The notes under the pieces: model-generated | Seen by the model: only the letters and a program-made list of their open reading frames with translations | What the model was told of the DNA's origin: nothing | Database searches by the model: none | Source of the DNA: Macrostomum lignano | Lineage: Eukaryota | Direction: 5' to 3' | Assembly: GCA_002269645.1 (NCBI GenBank) | Contig: NIVC01002024.1 | Location: 1 to 64,000 of the forward strand | Length of the DNA stretch: 64,000 bases | Made by a program: the position numbers and the translations under genes | In this document: piece by piece, positions 1 to 12,759 of the stretch | How positions within the stretch are numbered: the first letter of the stretch is position 1 | Layout of the letters: every line of letters begins with the position of its first letter

Positions 1-853
1 GTACGAATATACTACTACAATATTAGTACTGCAATGAAAAATAATATAAATAAAATAAATATAAAATTAAGAAATTCTAAATAAAAGTACAACATTCAAA
101 ATCGACTATATTTCATTACAAATATAGTATTTGAAAGAGTGCCTAAATGTTATCTACGAAACTTTGAACGAGCTTTAACGACTAACGAAGCAAAAAGTAA
201 GTAAGGAATTTTAAAAAACAAGTATTGTATGAAGTTGATGTATAGGAATTCGCTATTCAATTTATTCCATAAGTGATAAAAATAAGTCTATAGGTATCAA
301 TCAGAAAATAACAAATTTGTATTAAATATGGTATTTTTATGGATTTTTTCGGTTTTTACGGACGAACTATATGACTAACAACAGAACTAGGCCTTTCATA
401 TCACCGATTCCAGAACCATAATCGGTTCGGATCTTCTGAGAAAAAGCAGTATAGGCCTAACGATTTAACTTTGATGAATGTTTTTTGACTGCCTTAACAG
501 CCTCACGTTGCACTTTTTTAGTTTTCTTCATGGCTATTGCAAATTTCAATAAATACAACTTTAAAGCACGTATATCCTTCCTTCTAGTTAAGGAGAGAAA
601 AAGTTATACTTTACAAATTGGATCTGGTTCTAGAACCAGAACAAGCAATATGAAAAGGCCAAACGACACAGTCTATACTTTCAGTACCAGAACCAGTACC
701 AGAACTAGTACCAAAAAATAAAACACAAAATACAAGTAAAAAACGAAAAATAACCAAGAAACATGTCTGAAATAGTACAAAATAAACTCTAGCAATTATT
801 ATATGCGTTAACACTGGTTTACCATATTTCGTTTAAGCGAATTCTACATACAT

Positions 854-2614
854 GTATGAAACATTCGCCGACACTTATTCAGACACTTCTACAGACACTT
901 TAGTTTCTGTCGTACGGTTAGGAACAAGCATTAAATTTGTCTAGGACACTTCCTAATTCATATTTAATGAAATAAAGCAGTCCATGCATAGTTTTAATTT
1001 TGAAATTTTGTTTTTGTGCACTCGTTCCAGACTTTCAAATTATGGCTTTTATCGCGTAGCGTGCACATGCATCGTGTACAACGATTAGCTGCAGTGTGCT
1101 AAATAGTTCACTGAGGTATTAAAAGCGTACAAGGAGACGAACCTCAAGTATTTGTACATTTTAGTTGAAGTTAAAAGTTCAAGCTTTTAGTGAATCATTG
1201 GAAAATAAAACTATCCATTTTAAATCGTGCAACATATTGTTTTGTCTCGGACATTTGTGACACTGTCACTTAGGGTTGCAAGGTTTTTAAAAAGAGAAAA
1301 CTGTTGCTTTTCCAATGCTGAAGTATTTGTGTTGTATGGATCAGGGTTTTTCGTCAAAATTTGGATGCATGTATACATCTAAACATGTATATGCAGATGG
1401 AAATATAATAATCAAGATGCCATATGTATATTTGCCAACATTTTCAGATTTTGTATAAAAATGATCAAGGTTGAGGATTACCCTATGGTATAACTGTTTT
1501 CTCCATTTTACTATTTCAAAGTGCCCACGTGAAGTTAGATTTAGCATGCCAGCCTTAAAAAATAAAAAAATCTACATAGTGTATAATTGTATACTCTTTT
1601 ATTTAAGGCTATATTTATTCCCAATATATTTGCTTAGATAAATCAAAAAGTATTTACTTTACTTGAAAAAAATAATGTTCACTACAAATATTTCAATGTA
1701 GAAACCAGGAAACATAAACCTATCAAGTCTTATATAGAAATGAAGGATAAAGATATGGATAGAATATAATAAAGCCATTGTGGGCATTAAATATAAAACA
1801 AAAGAATCACTTAAGGCAAAATTTGAAAAAGTGAATTTTTGGCATGCTCCAAGAAAAGAGGCTTATAATTTGAAATATTTTTGCTTTTGTTTGACAAAAA
1901 ATATGTATAGATTTATACTTTTAGGCAAGGTTTATTTTCTCTTAAAATTCTAATTGTAAATTTGCCAGTAAGCTTAAAAATTGTTGTAAGTTGAAGCTCA
2001 AATAAAATTAGTCTTAACTCCAATCTGACTTTCCAAAGTAAATCCCTAAATTATTTGTTACAATTGCTTTTAAAAACTTGCCATTTCATTCATTCATTAA
2101 TCAAAATTTTGTTCTAGAAACTGATACCTATAGAAGGTTTATAGTTTTTAAGAAATCTAGTAACTAGTGTCAGAGAAATATGTTTATATAGGTTTTATAT
2201 ATATCAACCTTATATATAAAAAAGGTTGCACACTGAGATTTAAATACAGCTTCTAACATGTGTGTCCAGAGGTGAGATTATGGCCAACTGCACACCAATG
2301 GCATACCAACTCCATACTGACATGCCAACTGTATACCAACTGTATACAAACACCATATCAACTCCATACCAATATGCCAACTGCATACCAACTCCATACC
2401 AACTGCATACCAACTCCATACCAACATGCCAACTGCATACCAACTACATACCAACTGTATGCCAACTGCATACCAACTCCATACCAACATGCCAACTGCA
2501 TACCAACTCCATACCAACTGCATGCCAACTGCATACCAACTACATACCAACTACATACCAACTATACCAACTGTATACCAACACCATACCAACTCCATAC
2601 CAACTCCATACCAA
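854..2614 (+). repeat. Left TIR: ~1.43 kb AT-rich arm plus inner tandem array (CCAACTGCATA/CCAACTCCATA-type units, ~2284-2614)
   Basis: Mirrors 9646-12185. The same 68-aa ORF appears at 1341-1547(-) and 11493-11699(+). I saw 2 substitutions (1217/11822 and 1568/11472) and one 1-bp indel (~1300), without checking every base. Confidence 0.95.
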
Positions 2615-2824
2615 GAATGTTAAATTGCGAGACTCGTAGGAACTTTTAGGTTCTCTTTTTGTACAACTCTTGGGATACTTCTGCCATGTTGCCATCTTTC
2701 CTGACTCTTTTGATGACTAAAATCGCACTCTTCCATATTCTAGGACCAGTTATTACAAGGCCCACCGGATGCTGTTCTGCCTTGTGTAGGTGCGGTCCTA
2801 CCATGCCCTTCTCTTTCTGTCATT

Positions 2825-3732
2825 GTGACGTTCAACAACAGCGATGAACTATCGATTCAGTCGGTTTGCCAGAGGCTTTGCGTTTGCTCACGTTCATTTA
2901 ATTTTAATCATTCTAATATCCGTGTGCGAGACGGATTTCGTAGGTGCGGACGTGATCGAGTGTCTGTTGTCCAATTAATAACCGATCCTAGCAAGGTTGC
3001 ATTTTTGCACGGTGTGTATGGTTGTGGAAACAAAGGCCACCGTGGTAATGGCATTGCTTGGCTGCAGCGTGTAACTAAGCCACATCTGACGCAGTCAGTT
3101 GTCCTACGTCGAGAGATTCCGGGTCACCATTTTCAAAGTTCAAAGCGACTGCGGAAGCAAGTTTTGCAGAGCTTTCGGCTCCTTATTTCTTCATGTGATG
3201 TGTCTGTTCTTCGTTCTCTGCTCGTTGTCTCGCGCGGCTTCAGTCAGCTACAATCGACTGTGCACCGTCGGCGTTTCATGCAGCGGCGATCACGCCCAAC
3301 TGATGAGGAGCAGCGGCAGCACGCGCTGCAAGACGAGCAGCGGCATTCGAGCTGGATGAACAGCGGCATCCGCAGATACAGGACGGCCAACGGCAACTCG
3401 CACTGCAGGAGGAGCCGCGGCAGCTCGAGCTGGATGAACAGCGGCATCCGCAGATACAGGACGGCCAACGGCAACTCGCACTGCAGGAGGAGCCGCGGCA
3501 GCTCGAGCTGGATGAACAGCGGCATCCGCAGATACAGGACGGCCAACGGCAACTCGCACTGCAGGAGGAGCCGCGGCAGCTCGAGCTGGCTGAACAGCGG
3601 CAGTCCCAACAGTACGAGTGTCCCGCTCTTGGACCACTAAAACCAATGCGTCGGAGATCGCAGAGGCCCCAGAGATCTTTAAGGTCGGTCCAACCAGCGA
3701 TGTCATTGCGCTCGCGAACGAGGCATGTGTAG
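2825..3732 (+). other. Possible second, frameshifted ORF of the element with a Q/E-rich 26-aa repeat
   Basis: The ORF 2825 frame reads TDEEQRQHALQDEQRH. From ~3347 an adjacent frame reads (ELDEQRHPQIQDGQRQLALQEEPRQL)x3 to a stop at 3730-3732. No family recognised. Confidence 0.3.
3347..3601 (+). repeat. 78-bp tandem repeat, ~3.3 copies
   Basis: TCGAGCTGG starts at 3347, 3425, 3503 and 3581. Confidence 0.95.
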
Positions 3733-5735
3733 TGTGAGCATCTTTTGCGTGTATTTTGTTAGGTAATTGATTGTATTAGTTTCTATATTGTTATTGAATT
3801 ATTATTTTGCTTTAGTTAGTCATGCGTTTTTGATGTACTTTTCTCTTGTTAGTTAGAATCTAAAATTGTAAACAGGTTAGAGTTAGACGCCAAATTTGTG
3901 ACTCAGCGGAGGGTTGAGTTTTCTGCGAACCCCAGCTTTGCGCGGTCAGCCAATCAGAACCGGCCTGGACCCTGGCACGCGGCAAGTTCCAGTTCTACCC
4001 GGCGCCGCGGGCACAGTGCAAATCGGCTTAAGCAAGCGGCCGGCCAGACGACCACCACCCGGCTTGAGGGGGGTTGTGAGGGTTTGACTCTGACTATATA
4101 TGAAAGTGTATTTGGCAATCGGATCTCGCCTTCTTTTCCCGGTTCTTGGTTTTGTCCAGCTTCCCGGCCGGTGGCCTGTTTCCCTTTGGTTCGCGCTTTG
4201 AGGCGTTTTGAATTCGTCACCCCCGGTCCATACCTTTGTTCCCCGCCCAACCGCTTTAGTCTTGTAGCGTAACGATTCGGCATCCTTGTCTGACGTCGTC
4301 GCTATCAAGCGCGGTTTAGATAGAGACTGTCGGATCTGATCAAGTACGCGGCCTCGACCCCGAGGGCCTCAGTGTCACACTGAAGGGCAGCGCTTATAGA
4401 ATTTAGTCAGTGCTCCGTTGAACAGTCGATTCGGCAGTGCTCTTGTTTGAGAGTAGGTTCTGGTTTAGGCCAGGGGTTAGGAGTCTTCTCCGTGGTCGTG
4501 TTCGGTTCCTCTTCCTCTTCTTCTCAGCTGAGATCTGCTTGCCAGTTGCGTAATCTAATTATTATTGTTAACCGTTATCGTCGTTTTGTCAACTCAGTTA
4601 TCTGCGCCGCTTTGAACTTGAATCTTGTAACTATTGAATGTGTCAAATTAAACCGTCAAGTCAATTGCTTATTAGCTATTCTTATAGGATTATCACTCCC
4701 TAAATCTTTCGGTTCGTGTTCCCTCGTGTTCTTTCTTTTCTTGTACTGTACCTGCGGCTATTGGAGAAAGACTGGTAGGACTCGCCGACCGGCGATAGGC
4801 AATTAGGGCCAATAGCTTTAAAATCTCCGAACGCTTCAAGTAGGTTTGTCTAGGGCCTAAATAATTGCTCACCGTGCATGCTATTTATCTAATTGCCTTT
4901 ATTTATCACACATGAGTAACATACTAGGATGATGCGTGACGGTATATCGGATGCGTGTTGAATAACAGTTTGTCCAGCTTCTTTTGCACGAAAATAAGAA
5001 CGCTGGTATTCGAGCATTAAACAAAGTCATACCTTCGTATAGCTTATTGGCTGATCTATTGTACCATGCAACAATTTTCATTGCAACAAAGTATGTAGTT
5101 GAATGACTTCAGCGTAGTAGTAACTATGAGACAAGTACCTTATGTGGTTTTTAATCTATACTTCCTTGAACGATTAATTGTAGTTTATACTTATATTTGA
5201 ACAGTTTTATTTCCTTTACTCGTATTAGTTGTCAGTCCTTGTGTTGAAATAAATTCTTTCGGATAAATAAAGCAAAGGAATGTTTCATGGCACGTATTTC
5301 GTTGATTGGAACAATTTTTTTGTGACATTTATTGGCCTATAAGTGATAAGTGACAGGTGTACAGGTTTCACAGGCCAAAAAAATTACGATTATACTCAAA
5401 TGGAGAGTATTTAGCTGCCAGAAAAGAGTATATAGTAGACACTACAAGTTTTAGAACTCACGTTGTCCAAACGGTTTACTAACGGCGTTTAGTCCCAGCT
5501 TTTAGCGCATACAGAAAAATAGAGAATTATAAAATGGCGGTAAACTATAAAATGCAAATCCGTACATGTATATATGTAGACCTTTTCAACACAGTTAAAA
5601 GTTTTTGTTATCAATACATTACACAGCACGATCATCAGTTATGAATTTATACTTTCAACGGCATAATACCATTACAAACACGAATAAACTCAAGAAAATA
5701 AGTAAACCGTCCACATTATGTTAATAACACGGAGA

Positions 5736-6817
5736 TCACCAACACGTTAGCCGTAAAAAAAGAGCGCAGCAGTTTCGCTTCACGTCATTGAATGCCGCTG
5801 ACAAAGATACTTTTCGTACAGTCAAATCACTGACACAGTAGCTAGTGCGGCCACAGAATACGTATGCAATATAGTGACCACTATTCACGCGACTACCAAT
5901 GTGAACGATGAATGCACGAAGCTTGTAGCTTCTGCCACTCAAAGTAAGCTTCATCTCGATGGGTACAACTTTAGTGTTCTTCTCGAATAGTACAGTTTGT
6001 CCCTTTCTGCGCTTGACAGAGACTCGGCTAATTCCCATGCATATGTGCTCCGACGTTGTTGCAAGTGTTTGTGCATAGCTGCACCCCCGACGTCGCAAGT
6101 CGGACAACGGATGTCGGTGTGGTCTTGAGTAGAAAACAGTGACTGTCTAATGAGTGCCGGGAAATCAAGCGAGTCGTCGTGATCAGGATTGATAAACGTA
6201 GAATAGTTGCCGTGTCTCTAGGTAGCAGTCGTGTCACTTTGAAACAGGCGGAACAACTCAAAGTTGTAGAAATCTACGAAATAAAAAAGATGGATAGGAA
6301 CAGTACTCATGGTGCAACTGTGAAGACCAACACACAGTGGAAGCGCGATTGAAAGGTATTCTTTGCCTTCCCATAAGTCAGCAAAGTATATACTGTCTTC
6401 GAAGGTAACTTACAAATAAATTTAGATTCAGGATGCAGGCTTAAATCACTTTACTAAAACGCATTTAAATAGTCATAAACTTAATAAACCGTTCACCCTT
6501 ACCTCGCAGCTAAATCGCGGTTTGAGCTCAGAAAGAAACAGCATTCCGGTCAGAAACTCTAAGGCACAGTTTTGTGCCATAGGATCCATATGAAATGCTT
6601 TACTGCACCACTGAAACGCGGCTGAATGCAGCAACAGAACGTCTTTGCCTGTCATTAGGCAGTTAAGGAACAGCGCAAGTGGTGAATCTGCATCACACGA
6701 TAGTGCGCTCGTTAATGTTGCAACCAAGCATTGACTGGCGGCATTGAAAGCACAATACGTGCCCGTCGGATTCGGTGGCCCCTCTGGCGACCGTGGCGAT
6801 AGTGCAGGAAATGACAC
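5736..6817 (-). pseudogene. Ubiquitin-specific protease (USP/peptidase C19) domain carried inside the transposon; spliced and frameshifted
   Basis: Cys box GPPNPTGTYCAFNAASQCL, then QNCALEFL. A GT-AG intron (donor GAG|GTAAG at 6502, acceptor TTTCGTAG|ATT near 6274) joins RFSCE to ISTTLSCSAC. A second CxxC (DIRCPTC) follows in a shifted frame. His box YKLRAFIVHIGSRVNSGHYIAYV, then VSDLTV. Confidence 0.8.
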
Positions 6818-7239
6818 TGCAGTGTCGGCGCGTCCTAATAAAATTGGCGGTTAGGAACGAATTTACCATCAAAATGTCCCAGTGAACAGCCCAGTCACAT
6901 CCATTTAACAACAAAAAATGCGCCTCGACGTAAGCAAAAGAAACGAAACTTAAAAGTACAAATACTTATGGAAAGCAACATGTTGAATGCTAATTCATGG
7001 AAATTAGTAAAACTTAAAAGGGCATAATCGGTGACACGAAAAGCAAAAAATGATGGAATCATAAACTTTAGATCTCTAATCAGAGAACAATCACGTAACA
7101 GAAACGTGCATCATACGGAACATGTTGGATTGTGCAATATAAATACCTGTGCCAGTCGAGACGGAGGAGGCCTACAAAGAGAGTTGATTGATAAGGTTGC
7201 ACCTTACCCACAAGTTGCTGAGACATGGCACATACATTA

Positions 7240-9575
7240 CTACGACAGATCTAGTGGGAGACGCAAATTGTGGCGGAGTGAGTGTACGGCGTATACACAA
7301 TACGTAAACCAATACAAGGGTTGACTGAAGGTATTTCTAAACTGAAAAAATGCAATTTCATCACTCACAATTTGCTCATCTGGTAGGCTCTGACAGGTGG
7401 TATTCTGTGCTGTTGGTGCAGGTGAAATGCCCGAGCGAGACCCACTTGCAGCAGGCGCAGCTAGAGTACAGGTCGTGCGTGCAATAGCAGGCCGAACCTG
7501 GACAATGACGGGCTGGCTGCCCGAGCGAGACCCACTTGCAGCAGGCGCAGCTAGAGTACAGGTCGTGGGTGCAACGGCTGGCGGAATTGATAATGCCGAT
7601 TGAATGAAGCTGGTTCTTTGTCTTTTTGAGGCTCTTGACCTTTTCCAGGGATCTCCAGGTGGGTTTAACGGAGCATCAAAGCCACATTTGCGTCCTCTAG
7701 CACGCTTCGGGGGGCGAATTGGATGTTGCTCGTGCTGCAACCGCTTCAGTTGCAGTTTTACGGTTGTTAGTTGCGCACGGACAAATCTTGGTAACCTGAG
7801 CCGAGAACTTGGAGAAGGCAGTGCTTCGCTTTTGCCCCAGCTGAACCATGATTCAACAGCGGCGTTGGTCACGTGTGCGCTACGATTTCCTCCAAACACT
7901 GCCACACTCCAAAGAGGAAACAGTGACATCCACTTTCGCAATACAACCTGAACAGCCTGAGGGTAGAAAAGATTGTTCAGCACGCCATTGCCATCGCTTG
8001 CTGTCACTTCGCTTGTCAAATCGTTGAAGTACTTCGCAAAAGGTGATGAGGCTCGTAGTCCAGTCTCCAATTCAGCCAATGCGACGTCTTCTTGCACTGC
8101 ATTTGAGACATTAGCAGAATCTTCAGCCACTTGGTTTTCATCAGGAATCTCCAACGAACTGAAGTCGAACCTACCATGTAGAATTTGTAAAGCCTTCAAA
8201 GTGGCAGGACCTACTCGCCTGGAGGTAAACACCTCGACCATTGCCTTCCAAACAGCTTGGGCGCAACGCAAAGTTTTCGACGTCACTAATAGTGCAAAAG
8301 AGAGCATGAACTCGCGATAAGTAACCTTATCGATTTTATTGGTGACTTCAAAGTCCTGGCAACAGCGCGCAGCAAATGCGAGCTACAGATAAACACAACA
8401 GGAGATTCAGGTGGCTTCAGATCAGCACTCCGAAGTCGATTGTACTGTACACGCAGGTAGTCTGTAACACAGGTCGTACATGCGGCTCGGAGAATACCAT
8501 GAATGAAAACCCAGCTAAAGTCAGACACGTAGATTTGCGGACCTTTCTTGGGTAGTTCCCACAGTCCTATGTTGCAGTGACGAGCGAAATCTGCTAAAAA
8601 ATGCATTAGCCAACTGGACACATTTTCCGAGCGCGTGACCTCCATGATGCTTTCTGATACAGCTGTTCTCTTTATATCCGGGGTTGCAACAACAGCACTG
8701 CACAGAAGTACAGTGCTCGGCACGTTCTGGGTCTGTCGCACAATTCCGCCGGTGGAGTCTAAGTGGAGAGGAGCAAGCTGATTGCCTTTCAGCACGTCGC
8801 GAAGCAAATCCAACTGCATGGAGGTATGGAGAATCACACCAACTGGTGCAACGTCAATCTTTTGGATATAGCCGCTAATGACTCCATCCTCGTTTATAGT
8901 CAACTTCCAGTCTTTCATTTGGAGTCTTAAATCTCTTATGTCGTCTGGAGACTTGTCGTCGGCAGCTTTTGTCCGACTAACAGTTGTACGGACAGCAGAT
9001 AGAGAGCATGCTTCGCTACCAAACAGCTCGATTGCTTTCACATAGATCTGCGTTGGCTTGGCAGCAGCGTTGTTGGCCTGAGATAAAACAAAGTTACGGC
9101 ACTCTTGTGAACCTCGTTGCCACAGATAGCGATAAGAGGAACAACTTGATGGAACATCATTCCTCGAGTGCTCTGAGATTCTTCGTAGCGTCAGTGTAGA
9201 GGACTGCCCATCAGTCGGCGCCTTGTTTAAGGTGACGACGAATGCCATACTGCAACCAGAGCCTTCGGCACAGACTAGGCGCATCCAAAGAAAACTGCAG
9301 TCCTTCCGATGGCGCTTAAATGCACGCAGTCTAACCTTATTAACTGAGAACTGACAATACTCACCATGCTGTCTTAACAGTAGATAAATGACTTCATCAA
9401 ACCAAGAAGGCTTAAGTTTACAAGTTCTTGTATCAAAGTGATTCACGAAGAGATTAGTTGATATGCATGATTCCACAAAAACACCTCCAGCAGAAAAAAC
9501 TTGTGCACCAGCAGCACCTGACTGGTCACCGCTAATGGCTTCAGAAGTGTCGTACACACTTTTCTTCGCTGCCAT
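7240..9575 (-). pseudogene. MULE/NOF-like DDE transposase split by one frameshift (~8345-8355)
   Basis: ORF 8286-9575 carries LHLDSTG (D1), YVSDFSW (D2) and CSSH (CxxH signature). ORF 7240-8307 continues in another frame (FEVTNKIDKVTYREFMLSFALL...) and carries TNAAVESWF (catalytic E). Confidence 0.85.
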
Positions 9576-9645
9576 GCAAAGAAGCCTGAAACATGAAACA
9601 ATGGTATGAATTTGCCATGTTTTCGTTTAGTGTGGCATAATATAA

Positions 9646-12185
9646 GTTGGCATGTTGGTATGTAGTTGGTATGTTGGTATGGAGTTGGTATGCAGTTGGC
9701 ATGCAGTTGGTATGGAGTTGGTATGCAGTTGGCATGCAGTTGGTATGGAGTTGGTATGCAGTTGGCATGCAGTTGGTATGGAGTTGGTATGCAGTTGGCA
9801 TGTTGGTATGGAGTTGGTATGCAGTTGGCATATTGGTATGGAGTTGGTATGTTGGTATGGAGTTGGTATGCAGTTGGCATACAGTTGGTATGGAGTTGGT
9901 ATACAGTTGGCATACAGTTGGTATGCAGTTGGCATGTTGGTATGGAGTTGGTATGCAGTTGGCATGCAGTTGGTATATAGTTGGTATAGAGTTGGTATGC
10001 AGTTGGTATGCAGTTGGCATGCAGTTGGTATATAGTTGGTATAGAGTTGGTATGCAGTTGGTATGCAGTTGGTATGGAGTTGGTATGGTGTTGGTATGCA
10101 GTTGGCATGTTGGTATGTAGTTGGTATGCAGTTGGCATACAGTTGGTATGGAGTTGGTATGCAGTTAGCATGTTGGTATGGAGTTGGTATGCAGTTGGCA
10201 TGTTGGTATGGAGTTGGTATGCAGTTGGCATACAGTTGGTATGGTGTTGGTATACAGTTGGCATGTTGGAATATAGTTGGTATGGTCGTATGGAGTTGGT
10301 ATGCAGTTGGCATGTTGGAATATAGTTGGTATGGAGTTGGTATGCAGTTGGTATGCAGTTGGCATGTTGGCATATAGTTGGTATAGAGTTGGTATGCAGT
10401 TGGCATGCAGTTGGTATGTAGTTGGTATGCAGTTGGCATGCAGTTGGTATGTAGTTGGTATGCAGTTGGTATGCAGTTGGTATGCAGTTGGCATGTTGGT
10501 ATATAGTTGGTATAGAGTTGGTATGCAGTTGGTATGCAGTTGGCATGCAGTTGGTATGTAGTTGGTATGCAGTTGGCATGTTGGTATGGAGTTGGTATGC
10601 AGTTGGTATGGAGTTGGTATGCAGTTGGTATGGAGTTGGTATGCAGTTGGCATATTGGTATGGAGTTGATATGGTGTTTGTATACAGTTGGTATACAGTT
10701 GGTATACAGTTGGCATGTCAGTATGGAGTTGGTATGCCATTGGTGTGCAGTTGGCCATAATCTCACCTCTGGACACACATGTTAGAAGCTGTATTTAAAT
10801 CTCAGTGTGCAACCTTTTTTATATATAAGGTTGATATATATAAAACCTATATAAACATATTTCTCTGACACTAGTTACTAGATTTCTTAAAAACTATAAA
10901 CCTTCTATAGGTATCAGTTTCTAGAACAAAATTTTGATTAATGAATGAATGAAATGGCAAGTTTTTAAAAGCAATTGTAACAAATAATTTAGGGATTTAC
11001 TTTGGAAAGTCAGATTGGAGTTAAGACTAATTTTATTTGAGCTTCAACTTACAACAATTTTTAAGCTTACTGGCAAATTTACAATTAGAATTTTAAGAGA
11101 AAATAAACCTTGCCTAAAAGTATAAATCTATACATATTTTTTGTCAAACAAAAGCAAAAATATTTCAAATTATAAGCCTCTTTTCTTGGAGCATGCCAAA
11201 AATTCACTTTTTTCAAATTTTGCCTTAAGTGATTCTTTTGTTTTATATTTAATGCCCACAATGGCTTTATTATATTCTATCCATATCTTTATCCTTCATT
11301 TCTATATAAGACTTGATAGGTTTATGTTTCCTGGTTTCTACATTGAAATATTTGTAGTGAACATTATTTTTTTCAAGTAAAGTAAATACTTTTTGATTTA
11401 TCTAAGCAAATATATTGGGAATATAATATAGCCTTAAATAAAAGAGTATACAATTATACACTATGTAGATTCTTTTATTTTTTAAGGCTGGCATGCTAAA
11501 TCTAACTTCACGTGGGCACTTTGAAATAGTAAAATGGAGAAAACAGTTATACCATAGGGTAATCCTCAACCTTGATCATTTTTATACAAAATCTGAAAAT
11601 GTTGGCAAATATACATATGGCATCTTGATTATTATATTTCCATCTGCATATACATGTTTAGATGTATACATGCATCCAAATTTTGACGAAAAACCCTGAT
11701 CCATACAACACAAATACTTCAGCATTGGAAAAGCAACAGTTTCTCTTTTTAAAAACCTTGCAACCCTAAGTGACAGTGTCACAAATGTCCGAGACAAAAC
11801 AATATGTTGCACGATTTAAAACGGATAGTTTTATTTTCCAATGATTCACTAAAAGCTTGAACTTTTAACTTCAACTAAAATGTACAAATACTTGAGGTTC
11901 GTCTCCTTGTACGCTTTTAATACCTCAGTGAACTATTTAGCACACTGCAGCTAATCGTTGTACACGATGCATGTGCACGCTACGCGATAAAAGCCATAAT
12001 TTGAAAGTCTGGAACGAGTGCACAAAAACAAAATTTCAAAATTAAAACTATGCATGGACTGCTTTATTTCATTAAATATGAATTAGGAAGTGTCCTAGAC
12101 AAATTTAATGCTTGTTCCTAACCGTACGACAGAAACTAAAGTGTCTGTAGAAGTGTCTGAATAAGTGTCGGCGAATGTTTCATAC
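9646..12185 (-). repeat. Right TIR, with an expanded inner tandem array (~9646-10755, ~1.1 kb)
   Basis: Reverse complement of the left arm. The array of TATGCAGTTGG/TATGGAGTTGG units is about 3x longer than the left one. Confidence 0.95.
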
Positions 12186-12759
12186 GTCCAAAAATACGAT
12201 TCTCGATGTAATGCCTATTTAAAAACTAAAACACCGTATGAAGAAACTGGGAGCCCTCTAATCAAAACTTAAAACAAACAAATAAAACCAAAAAAACCTA
12301 TCAATAAAGGCTAAAATAAAAATATACCAAAAAAGTGCATGTATAGGCTCTATAGGTTCAATTCTTGTAAATTTTAACGATATTATCACTATAGTGTACT
12401 TTGGCTTTGGTGAGTACGAAGCTGAAAGCTGAGATCTGGAAGGAAACGCGCATTATCTGGAAGGAATTATCTGCAGGGCATTATCTGGAAGAAGAAGGCA
12501 TTATCTGGAAGGAAACATTATCAATCTAGAAGCCTGCAAGACGTCAAAGCTCCATCTGTTCCATACTCGAACTTACAGACTCCCAAGTTCCCCCTGCTTA
12601 GTACATTAATATGCAGAAAGTAGGCCTACTTTAGTGTACTTTGGCAAAAACCATTGTGAGTACAAAGCTCACAATGCGATTTAAAATAGGTAATTAAGCA
12701 TTATTCTGTCAATGAAAAATATTGAGTATAAGGATTGCTCATAATATTTGGCGATTATT

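Larger units (their letters stand above)
854..12185. mobile_element. Foldback (FB-NOF-like) / Mutator-superfamily DNA transposon, ~11.3 kb
   Basis: The sequence from 854 (GTATGAAACATTCGCCGACAC...) is the reverse complement of the sequence ending at 12185. The arms continue inward ~1.43 kb and then become tandem arrays. The interior encodes a MULE-type DDE transposase. Confidence 0.92.

Noticed and set aside
3008-3055. VYGCGNKGH as a CCHC zinc knuckle
   Set aside because: The first and last Cys are missing.
3880-4460. Possible LTR and primer-binding site (TTTGGCGTC on the minus strand) with gag downstream
   Set aside because: There is no second LTR, no clear TG...CA boundaries, and the downstream frames are interrupted with no gag or pol motifs.
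9443-10785. Long ORFs (up to 383 aa, MPTAYQLHTN / VGMQLVWSWYA), also at 2240-2649
   Set aside because: They are translations of the TIR tandem arrays, open in several frames on both strands, with no domain content.
845-12194. 9-bp TSD expected for a MULE/Foldback element
   Set aside because: The flanks TACATACAT and GTCCAAAAA do not match. At most a TA duplication is possible.
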